Origin: Amoebidium appalachense
Lineage: Eukaryota; Protista; Ichthyosporea
DNA: 64,000 nucleotides
Assembly (NCBI GenBank): GCA_963693365.1
Contig: CAVNZM010000005.1
Location: 4,657,167-4,721,166, forward strand
Direction of reading: 5' to 3'
In this document: piece after piece, positions 1-23,498 of the stretch
How positions within the stretch are numbered: the first letter of the stretch is position 1
How the letters are laid out: every line of letters starts with the position of its first letter
Notes under the pieces: model-generated
What the model saw: the letters and a program-made list of their open reading frames with translations, nothing else
Databases searched by the model: none
What the model was told of the DNA's origin: nothing
Translations under genes and position numbers: made by a program

Positions 1-276
1 CCGTTGTCGTGCCATCTGTCCACTAGGTTGTACCTACTACCGTTTTTCTTCCATGCTAGTATAAGTATATTCGCAGATTTATGCCGGTGCAAGGTCATGC
101 ATTCACAGAACATATACTTGTGCGAGAACACACTCACAGAGGCTCGCAGCGCACATATTTTGACACACACATACACAGACACGAACGAACACGGACCCCC
201 CTCCTCCCCCCCGCCCCCCCCCACACACACCCCAATAGCCATGGTTGTTTATGCAGTTTTCTCACCGTTTGCACAG

Positions 277-12711
<12,435 letters not shown>

Positions 12712-12965
12712 TCGGGTGATTGCAAGTTGAAATTTCGGAACACCGGAATTTATGTTTGTGTATGCTCTGAGAAAGGATGTGCTACAGAATCGATGTATGG
12801 AATTTTTAGCAAGTTTGAAAGTTGTTTTGGTTTGGGCTGTTGGTTGCTTTGTTTGGTAGAGGAAGGACAGAATGGAACGCTGGGTGGCTTGGAATCAGCT
12901 GGTTGTCATTCTTTTATTTTTTCTTTTCTCCTTCTCTCTTGCTTTTCCCCGGGAAGCTAGGAGAG

Positions 12966-12999
<34 letters not shown>

Positions 13000-13632
13000 T
13001 CATGCTGTTTATTCTTTCGAATTTTTAGGTTTTGCTAGAAACAACAGCGAAGTTGGATGTGGACGGTACACCCTAAGTGCATGTATGTGTGTGATTTTTG
13101 CGGAGGGATTAAAATGTTTTTGCTCTCCTCCTCCCCCCCACCCCCCATTATTAATTGAACATGCAAAAGCAACAAAGCATCCGCACATTTGCCCGTTTTT
13201 ATTATACACACTGACACATTCACCCATTACTACACCCACTCGCCGGCTACAAAGACCCGTACACATGCTATACAACTTTGTTACATAGAGGTTAGAGTCC
13301 GCTTCACTGTCCTTTTCCTTCGTTGTTTTCTTGGGCAAGTGGCTGTTGCAAGGGGTGTGGAAGGGTTCATTTTGAGCTAAGATAATGTACTTCTTGAGAA
13401 CACGAATTTCAAACCATGAACATAAATACATTCGAGGGAGATGATAGGGCCTTACGGTTCAATGGGTTGGTGCTGGTTTACCCACCATACGGGATTACGA
13501 ATATGTATCGAAGCTGTTTGTACGAATAAAGCACTCACATCGCCATCATGATGCATCCGAGTTTATAAAACAGTACTGGATGTAAGCTGCCCAGAACCCC
13601 CCCCCCCCCCCCCCCCGGGTCCCCACGGAGAG

Positions 13633-13681
<49 letters not shown>

Positions 13682-14108
13682 CCTACAAACTAATAAGATC
13701 CACACACTGTCGAGCGCGCACAAATTCGAACCCGTTAGTAATTGATATACTGTTCACGTTCCCCGAACTGATAGTGGCAGTTTGGGTGGGACCAACGTTA
13801 ACGTTCAGTAATTACAAGCAACTATGCAGCTCATAATATCGATCGAACTGCAGGAAAATAAATGGAGGATAAAATGGGTGAGGGAGTATTGGGTCTGTAT
13901 GCATGCATGTACATGTACACTGTGTGTGCACATAAGTTTGTTTTTCTATGTAGGTGTTGTACATGTCTGTGTTTGTGTCCAGGTCCGCGCTTGTAGCTTG
14001 GGCACGTGTGCGTGAACTATGTTACGGTAGGTGAGGTATGGTGGTGGTAGTTGGGGGTGGTGGCGGCAGTGGTGGTGATGGTGGTGGTGGTGTGTGTGTG
14101 TGTGTGAA

Positions 14109-14142
<34 letters not shown>

Positions 14143-14658
14143 CTGCATCTGCACACGTCCCAGAGCCTCCTTTTGCCAAGCGCGTATGCCAACTTTATCG
14201 CTATTCATGCAGATAACACCGAAATCACAAATGTACCATACTGATGCCCACCCGTGTGCATGGCATATATAGATTGTTTAGATCAGCGTCCAGGGGTAAA
14301 GGCATGAATATCAGACGAAATATGATTGTATGAATCAGCGGTAACAGGGTGTAGCAGAGTTGGTGGTGTAAATTGCGAGGGTAAATCGATATCTAAGCGG
14401 TATATAACCACAGCCATTCTAATCAAACTGGGCACACCTTTGCAGCATTCGTGTTCCTTCAATGTACATTCCACCGCTCTATTCGAGGGGGTCCTAACAT
14501 AACCAATTGCGATGGTTTTTTCGAAATGACAGTCTCAGACTGACAAAAAAAAAACTCTAAATATCCACCCGGAAACAAACAGAAAAAATGACAAGAAATA
14601 TCCACCTGGACACTCCCAGTAAGAATGACAAAAAGAACGAACCAAAAATAAAGACCAA

Positions 14659-14713
<55 letters not shown>

Positions 14714-14826
14714 GGGGCTCATTCGCATTTCTAACTCATCACCGTTGCAAAACCAACACCAAGACAATCAACAAGTAAAATCCCCAAAAGCAAACAAACT
14801 AAACGATCCAGAAAAAAGACAAATTT

Positions 14827-15356
14827 CTACATGAAAGGCACCGCCCCCGCATACTTCACATACAAGTCCGCCACCACCTTAATCGTATCACCCACCGGCA
14901 CAATGGGGAACGAATCCCTCGCCTGCCCCCACGAGATCTCAAATTCCAAACACTTGGCATCGAATTCCGATTGGTTGAACGCAGCCCCGTTCTGAAGTGA
15001 TTGGTCCAGATGATCCACAAACATTTTCCATCGTTTTCGATAGTATGAACCCACCAACCCTGCCCACTGCTTTGCTGCATAGTCGTTGATTTCACCCCTT
15101 GGCCCCCACAGAGTGATCTGGTTTCGTGCGTTGAATTCGTAGACGTCTGCCTCTTCGTCTGAGGTGGCCAAAGACCGCGCGCCCTGTGTGTGGAATTTGT
15201 TCATTTTGGGTGAGCGAACATATGCCGTAAGGTGAAAAAAGGTCACGTGTGTGGTGCATCAGGAGCGTGTCCTCTTCCCTTCGGTGGTTTTGGTTTATGT
15301 TCAATCGTTCTCTTTCCCCCGGGGCTTAGCACCCACCATCAGCACTGCACGCACAC

Positions 15357-15449
<93 letters not shown>

Positions 15450-16107
15450 TCACCAGGGAGGTAAGACTATTGAAGCTATACGGAGGCGGGGTAGACGGGT
15501 GAGTAAACAAAAACCTGCCTTCAAGCACATACCTGTGTAATTAGAGAAAAAGACAGCGAGGGAGGATACGACACATTCGGAGCCAGAGTTTGGAATGGGG
15601 TAGGGGGTATGTGGGCGAGAAGGGGGGGGGGGGTTTGAATGCGTCAAAAAGTACGAAGTACACAAGAACAAACGGATAACACGATGCAGAATGCAAGCCA
15701 TACATAAAGAGTATGCATAATAAGCAGAGCCCATCCTCAGGGGGGCCCACGTCATCCACAGTACCCGAGTTTCGACCTATTCCCCTCGTTAGGGGGGGGG
15801 GGGGGGGGGGGTTTGGCATCACAGGGAACGTACGTGTAACCACGTGCCGAGCATAGTGTGCTTGTTAGTGGCCAGCAGGCTGTCCAAGTCGTCCACTATC
15901 TCCACCAGCCATGCCCCCCATGACCGCACATCCCCCACTGTGCCGTTGCTGTATGCTGCTACAAGGCTGCATCCACCACCAATCACACAGTCAGATCCAT
16001 GCTCTACCCCCCCCCCCCCCCCCCCCCCCCCAAACACACACACACACAACCATAAACCCTCCCCCTCCCCCCTCCCCCCCCCCCCAAAAAAAAAAAAATA
16101 CCCACAC

Positions 16108-16175
<68 letters not shown>

Positions 16176-16356
16176 AAAAAAAAAAAAAACTCCAAATGAA
16201 AAACACCCTGGGGCTATCACTCTACCCCTCCTTTCCTTCCCCCCTCTCCGGGAGAGCAGGATTGTGACTTCAGAATTGCACATGGGATACAAAGCATCCA
16301 TCGGTATTGGCCCAAACATGTGGGTCGCAATTGCATCGAACTCTGGCAGAAGGTCA

Positions 16357-16388
<32 letters not shown>

Positions 16389-17954
16389 CCACCTTTTTCT
16401 TTCTTTTAAATGCATGCGTTCTACTCCGTAAACCGTCCTAGGTAAGCCAAGCCCATTTCTACGATTGCATGAGCCGAATCACACCACAACCACTCACCCT
16501 TCAAAAGGCAGCGGAAGCGCAGCCCTCTCGTATTCACAACAACACATATCGAAAAATAAATTCGACTCTCGACTCAAACCCCCCCCCCCCCCCCCCCCCC
16601 CCCCAGAAACCAACTATCCCGAACAAAAGCCATAAGCACGCACCTCCACAATCTCTTCCTATCCCCCCCCCCCCCCCCCCTCCCCCCCCCCCCCCCTGTC
16701 TCCCTGCACCCCCATCCTCCCTCTCCCTCCTATCCCGTTCCTCCCCTCCCCCCCTTCCCCTCCCCCCCCCCCCCCCCCCCCCCCTCCCCTCTCCCCTCCA
16801 AACACCCTCCCTTCCCCACCCCCAACACATAATCCCATCCCCCCCCCCCCCCCCCCTCCCCCCTCCCCAACACACACCACACCATCCTCCCCCCTCCCCC
16901 CCCCCCCCCCAAACACACACCCAACCTCACCTTGCATGGCAACCAGCAAAAGCATTGACCAGCACCTGTCTCGTCACATCCACCAAATCATATCTGAATG
17001 GCTCCACACTTGCTAAGTCCTCTGCATGCATGGCCTGAACCAACAAGCCCCATGCAGTCCATATGGCCTCTTCATAGCTACCGTCGCTCCACATCTCTTT
17101 CCATGTTGTTGGAAATGCAATCACCGTGTCGGAAAGCAATTGAGGTGTGAGCTTGAGGCGGTCGCGGCGGCGATGTGAAAGAGGTGAGGAGGGATCTTCT
17201 CCTGTGTCGTGTGTGTGTGTGTTGTGTGTGTGTGCGCGCGAGCGTGTGTACGTCGTTTGAAGGAGGAAGAAGGTTCATAGAGGTGTGCATGAGTAAGGGA
17301 AGTGGGTGTGAGTGGGTGGGGTGGGCGGTGGTGGTCTGGCAGAGGGAAGGGGGAGGACAGGAGAGGGAGGAAGCGCGCACAGCCACGGAGAGCTAGAAAG
17401 ACAGGAATATAAAGCAGGGGGAAAGAGAGAGAGAGAGGGGGGGGGGGGGGGGGGGGGGGGGGGAGCAGTTCTCGGACAAAGGCAACTCGAAAAGAAAAAA
17501 GAGTATGGTGGCAACCTGCTCTACTGTATCAAGCAGTCAATGACATCTATCAATAGATATTGCAATGGTTTGGACCAAGGCTGGCTTGCGCCGAGGGGAT
17601 GGGGGGCGGGAGAGCGTAAACAAAAACAACAGGGATCACAGACAAATGCGGGATGCAAACACCTTTTCACACAAAAGTTTCACAGAACGTAACCACGAAC
17701 ACACCCATCAACCCATCGCCCCACACCGCACAACTATCCCCAACGCACCTCAAACCATGTCGTGCATTTGCCTCGGCATATGCCGAATGGCCCCCCACAT
17801 CTCCTTGCATAGCCCATAGTTCGTTCATGTTTGCCAAGCTGGGCCGTCTATCAAACAGACGGGGAGGTATGGTTGTCCTCCCTGCATACGCTTCAGTCAC
17901 TAGCGCCTGCCACGCTTGCCGAACCTGGCTGCCTGACCCTGCCCCAGTGCCGTA

Positions 17955-17992
<38 letters not shown>

Positions 17993-18252
17993 CCTTGTGA
18001 AATTCATATTTTGTCGTGGTGTGGTTGGGATTATGTCGGCACGGGTGGGCACATGTGGATGCATGAGAGCGGGCATATGAAAGGATGAGAAGCGTGTGCT
18101 GTTTGTGTGTTAGGCGCAAGGGAGGGGGAGGAGATTGAGTGAAGCAATCTGAGGGTGGTATGGGTATTGCTGGATGGCTGTGGCAGGGCGTGGGGGTGTC
18201 GCTATATGTATATACAGGACATGTGCGTGTGCAAAAGGAAGGAAGGAAGAAG

Positions 18253-18285
<33 letters not shown>

Positions 18286-18473
18286 TGTGGAGGAAGAGAG
18301 GAAGAGAGCAGGGGGGAAGATTGAAAGGGAAAGAGTAAGGGGAAATAAGGGGGGGGGGGGGGGGGGGGGGGGGAGGGATGAAAAAAGGGGGAGGGTTTAC
18401 GTTATAGCATACGAAGTACACATTCATATCGGACAACATAACACAGAATGCAAGCCACACAAAGAGTATGCAT

Positions 18474-18511
<38 letters not shown>

Positions 18512-20449
18512 AAATGCGCTCTAAAGTACGAAGTACATGTAAAAATAGACAACACGATGCAGAGTGCAAACCACACATAAAGAACATGCATTGGGGGCAG
18601 GGGGGGGGGGGGTTTGAATGCGTCAAAAAGTACGAAGTACACAAGAACAAACGGATAACACGATGCAGAATGCAAGCCATACATAAAGAGTATGCATAAT
18701 AAGCAGAGCCCATCCTCGGGGGGGGGGGGGGGAGGATGTGTGCATGAAAGGGTTGAAAATATGAAGGAGAAGACATCAAACGACCAATCACAAAACGTCA
18801 CGGTTCAAAAAAAGAAAGAAAGAAAGAAGAAAAAGAAAAGAAAACCCATGCAGGAGGAGGACACTCAAGCAGAGGGTAAAAAGAGGGAGATATTAGTTTT
18901 ACCTGGCCAGGACCCAGGTATCCACCCAGGCGTCCAGCGGCTTGGGCTGCTGGTCCCACACCATGTCCAGAAGGGCATCATACACAATGGGGTTTTGGTT
19001 GATGGCCTCCATGGTGATCCCCACACCAACCATGTTCGGTGCGCTCTTGGCAGCAAAATACGGCGCCGACCTGATGACATCCAAGGCGCCGTAGATTGCT
19101 TGGTTGCCCCCAAAGTTGTGAAGTTGGCACCAGATAAAAGGCTTGCCAAAAAAGGAAAGTGTGCGCGACCAAATGGGCGTATGCTCCGCCCACAGGTCAA
19201 GGATGATCATTCTTGGATTGGGCACGGGGGAAAGATAGGCCTCGATTCGGTCTAGCGTCCAGAAGCTTGCGGCGTTCTGGAAAAGCCACCCTTGGAGTAC
19301 CCAAACCGCTTCTGGATCAACCATTTTGAGGCTGTCAAGAACTGCTTGGCTGCAACGAGCCAAATAGGCCAAGTCCCCGCTCCGCGGGTTCATCTCGTTG
19401 AATTGGTCGATGTTGTAGTAACCACCCCCACCTACGCCAAATAATTGCTGTTGCGCTTTCATGTATTCTACACCGATGCGCACGAAAAGAGGGTCTGTCG
19501 GCTCAACATACGAAACACGAGTGAACGTGTCATTGAATGAAACCCATCTGGAGGATAGCGTAACATTCGCCTGTGGGGAAACGCGCGTAATTGCCGCTGG
19601 AACATGACCAGAAAATCCAGGCAGGATGGGAGTGATGCTCAACTCCGCCATGCGCGCCAAAATCGTCTTCTGAAGGGCAAGTTGCCCGTCAAGGAAACTC
19701 TGGGGAAGGGGACCCCCCCAACGCTGCAGGTTGCCCATTCGATTCCACGCAAGGAAAGCAGGGCCCGTAAAGTAGTCTGCCATCACTTCTTCCGGGCATA
19801 GATTAAAAACAGTGGTAAAAACATGGTGCCACACTGCCTCTTGACCAACAAATGCAAGCGCAAAATTTATCCCCCGAGTGGCCATCCAATCCAGCTCGCG
19901 TTCCCATCGTGCCCAATCCCACCACACCATAGAGTAGGAAGAGGTGCACACGTTCTGGTAATATGAAAACCGTTGGTATCTCCGCTTGACGATGACCGTG
20001 CTTGGAACAGGGAGAGGATAAGGAAAACTACCGTCTGGGAGAAGCATGTTGTCGCCCACCCAAGAAATGGACATGTTGAGAAATTCGCTCAGATACTGCT
20101 TGAGGGCGGACGCCACTTCGACCGGGCTTGTCCCTCTAAGAACCACCTCGGCCGCATCAATATTCTGGTTGTTTCCAAAACCGTCCGAATTCCTGCTCTT
20201 GCTAAACACAGAAGGGGTTGCAGTTTTCGCAGATTCTATCTCATAGGTACCGAAGCCGGTAGGTACAGGTGGAAGAATTTCTATGCGAAATCGTGCAGCG
20301 TTCTGAGCGCCTAGAAGGCGACGAACGAGACCGACTGCCCCGGAGAGGTAGTCCGGATGAGTCTCTATAACAACTGCATGACAAACACAAGACAAGGAAA
20401 GAACAAGAAATCCTAACAAACAAAAGCGAGGCCCTCGTGAATCGCCCAT
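14827..20449 (-). CDS. NAGLU: Alpha-N-acetylglucosaminidase (GH89), ~835 aa; exons 20449-18903, 17955-17756, 17201-16931, 15966-15834, 15183-14827
   Basis: Signal peptide followed by GH89 motifs YYQNVCTSSYSMVWWDWARWERELDWMA, GPAFLAWNRMGN, DQFNEMNP, WCQLHNFGGN, GITMEAINQN, FRYDLVDVTRQ and YEFNARNQITLWGP..DYAAKQW. Phases are consistent. The exon-2 acceptor reads CG rather than AG. Confidence 0.95.
15634..15738 (-). repeat. Intronic ~105-bp poly-C-flanked repeat family copy
   Basis: Reads identical over 105 bp to 18613-18717 in a different NAGLU intron. Confidence 0.9.
18395..18717 (-). repeat. Three tandem copies of the intronic repeat family, separated by G/C homopolymers
   Basis: Copies at about 18395-18473, 18511-18592 and 18613-18717 share TACGAAGTACA...ATAACAC...CAGARTGCAARCCA.ACA..AAGA..ATGCAT. 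Confidence 0.85.
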
Positions 20450-21231
20450 TTTCTTTGCGAGATGATGTGCCGGAACGTGTGTGTAGGCTGTCAGGGGGTT
20501 CCTAGTTGTGGTACACACTCCTTCCTGTAGAGGTCCCCACAAGGGTAGCGAGGAGTAGTTTCTCCAGGAGGTCACATATTGTAAATTATCCTGCTATAGC
20601 TACTAGCTCGTTCTTCGCTGCTTAGCATGCAAAAAGAACAAGGTTCAAAGTTCAACGAATAGAATAATACTATGTGAAAAATAGCAAAACACCAATCAAT
20701 CACGCCGAAATGACCCTACTAGTGGGCTACTCGAGGCTCAGCTCCACCGTGGCACACAGTAGTAAACTGCTCTCAGTTGCCCCAACTTGCGGTGAAGTTC
20801 GCTTTGCTCGTTTTGCAAGTTCTGACTCAGGGCATGCTTGTTTTGCGTAATAAGATAACCATATATGGCTCTGAGTGTTCGTCATCGGGTGTGATTGGCG
20901 TAGAGAGCATCACTTTTCGGTTTTGACGTCAGACCAAACGTACTTCACACGAGGGTCGGAGAGGGCCATGCTGTGCGTCAGACAGGCTGCTAATGTTATT
21001 AGCTGACTCCTGAGTGCCACCAACGGGCCATCATTCTAGCTTGCTGGTAGTGAGGTTGAACGTATTGAATGTTTAGTTGAGGCTTGAGCCTAAAGCGGGG
21101 ACACCCTTGAGCTCGCAAACTCCGATGAAGAACGTCGATTCTCACGGCTCATGTCGTGACCCGCTGCTACTTATCCATACCATTCTGTTTAGGTTTGTTT
21201 GATTTGTGGGCCCTTGGTGCAAACGCGTAGT

Positions 21232-21268
<37 letters not shown>

Positions 21269-21786
21269 AAAAGGGGGGGGGAGGGGAGGAGGGAAGGAGG
21301 GGGTCGGGGGGGTCGGGGGGGGGGGGACCGGGGGGTGGGTGGGGGGGGAGGGGGGAGAAGGGATGGGGAGGGGCGATAAATGGTGGTACCATATGCATTG
21401 CCTTTGTGGTGGTGTCGAGGGGTGTGCATAGCTAGTGTCATCTGCAAATGATCTCTCTTTCCTTTGAATTTGCCTCTCTGTGGCACTTTACCCCGGCATC
21501 TCTTGGCCCAGTGCACGACCCAATGAATTCACAGCTCGTCCTTACCTCATCCTTAGCCACCACTTTTGTGTATGCCTAGTAGCGCCCAACAGCTTCTGAA
21601 CTAATAAAGTTCTTCTGAGCTAATTAATTACCAGGTTGTCGGAGCGGGGGGCTCTAGCGGTTGAGGCTGCATGCGGTTGCAGAGCCCTTGTGGCATTTTA
21701 AAAATAGCTAGCTAGTAAGGTTGAAGGCATAGGCTAAGCTGCAGTGGTTTTCAATTTTTTTTATTTTATTTTTATTTTTATTTTTT

Positions 21787-21833
<47 letters not shown>

Positions 21834-22272
21834 CTCACATATGTATTCTCTTATGGAGTTCACGTGTCGAGGATAGCTAGTTCAGCAGCTTTGTGACTGC
21901 TGTTCCTGTTGATAATATTTTCCTACAAAGTTCAGCATTTGTAAGGGTCTTAAAGAAAATGTAATTACACATATAGGGCCGCACAAGTACCCTCAAGTTA
22001 TTATGCCAACGCATGAAACATATGCATGCCCGAAAAGCAGAGTACACATGATGCTGATTGTAACAACTCAGTTCAGACGTTCGGCTCATATTTTCACCGC
22101 GCTTTACCAACAGAAGCTAGAAAATTTGCTTGGCACTTATCGACTTCGCTATTTGGATATACACACCATAGAAAATGCCACATTATGTTTTCTCAAGCTG
22201 CCTTCACATATTTACACTGATGGTTCTAATCTACGTACATATGCTTTCTCCCTTGTTCATATCCCTCCCCCT

Positions 22273-22303
<31 letters not shown>

Positions 22304-22526
22304 ACACACACTCATAAAGTAACTGTAAGCTTGATTATCCTCGGCCATATGCAACCCAGAGTCTCCAAACCAAGGCATACATACACACATATGTCATGTG
22401 CACACATGCACACATGCATACACCGATGTTCACCAATACGTACATTACGTGCAACTCAACTACATAAGAAATATTCAACCCGATCAGCACAAAAAAAGGG
22501 GGGTTTCCCCACCCCAGGCCTATGCC

Positions 22527-23498
22527 TCATCGATATGACGCTGTGATGCAGTCTGTCCCTCTTGCCTCCACCTCTGTCGATGGCACCCACACCGTTTCCT
22601 CCTCCCCAAACGTATCCAACGGTATCGCCACCACTCCTCCCCCTGATGTGCCCCCAGGCCCAATCTCGTTACCCTTTTCCGCACCGTGTTTTGTCAATGG
22701 ATTAGTTTCCGCATCTGAGGATATCGGCTGTGTCTGTGCCGTGGTTTTTGATAATTTCTTGACGCTGGATGGGAAAGGCCTTTGGGGCACACCAACCACC
22801 GGGACAAGCGCTGAAGCCGCCAACACCACCTGGGAATATTCCAGCACGGGTATCCAGAAGGGGACCGACCACCCGAGGGTTCTAAATATGGCAAGTACCG
22901 TCACCGTCATCATCCCTATGCTGCTGAAGAATATCCTCACCTCTTCCCTCTGCACTATTGGGTCGTATGCTCTCCTTTCCTCACTTGGCATATCAATGGC
23001 ACGGAATAGCTGCGATAGTCGTCGTAATCTGACACCCATGACCCATGCCGAAGTCATATCCACGATCGTCCAGTAGACGTACAGTGCAAGGAAAAACCCA
23101 TCTGTCACCGTTTTTTTTGCTCCGCTGTAGGCCGCAACCATAAAGGCACAATACAAGAAAACAGACATGAAAAAGGCCCCTCGTGCAATGTGAACGTGGA
23201 ACCCGCACCGGTGCATCAAATAACCGTATTTGGCGCCGTCCTTGAAAGCCCACAATACATCTGCAAAGCAAAAAAATCTACTGTCCGCCATATCTGCTTC
23301 TACAAAGCCCTGAACCACATAATAAGTCAATGTTGCAGCTGCATCAAGCCACACCATCCATCTAATGCAGGCTTGAAGGGTGAAGGGGGGTCTGAGTGGG
23401 CGCGGGCCCATTACAAGAAGAAGAAGGGCAAGGGTGAAGGCTGTGTGACCGGACCACTCATAGAAGGCGTTAAGAAGCTCAAACGCCGTTCTCCCCAT
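22527..23498 (-). CDS. Intronless 323-aa multi-pass (~6-7 TM) membrane protein of unknown family
   Basis: Complex-sequence ATG-to-stop ORF with regularly spaced hydrophobic segments over residues ~17-235 and a polar C-terminal tail. No family motif recognised. Confidence 0.75.
   Translation of the reverse strand: MGRTAFELLNAFYEWSGHTAFTLALLLLVMGPRPLRPPFTLQACIRWMVWLDAAATLTYYVVQGFVEADMADSRFFCFADVLWAFKDGAKYGYLMHRCGFHVHIARGAFFMSVFLYCAFMVAAYSGAKKTVTDGFFLALYVYWTIVDMTSAWVMGVRLRRLSQLFRAIDMPSEERRAYDPIVQREEVRIFFSSIGMMTVTVLAIFRTLGWSVPFWIPVLEYSQVVLAASALVPVVGVPQRPFPSSVKKLSKTTAQTQPISSDAETNPLTKHGAEKGNEIGPGGTSGGGVVAIPLDTFGEEETVWVPSTEVEARGTDCITASYR

Noticed and set aside
13575-13625. ACCCGGG-poly G motif resembling 27251-27340 as a shared element end
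   Set aside because: Similarity beyond the homopolymer is too weak to support a repeat family.
16240-16355. Complex-sequence patch in frame with NAGLU exon 4 (DLLPEFDAIATHMF...)
   Set aside because: Exons 3 and 4 join in phase and colinear with GH89 without it, and no convincing splice sites were found.
20450-20575. Upstream extension of the NAGLU ORF (starting at a GTG)
   Set aside because: The ATG at 20449 is directly followed by a signal peptide. The extension uses a non-ATG start and has no homology.
22522-23076. Plus-strand 184-aa ORF
   Set aside because: Antisense shadow of the membrane-protein gene.
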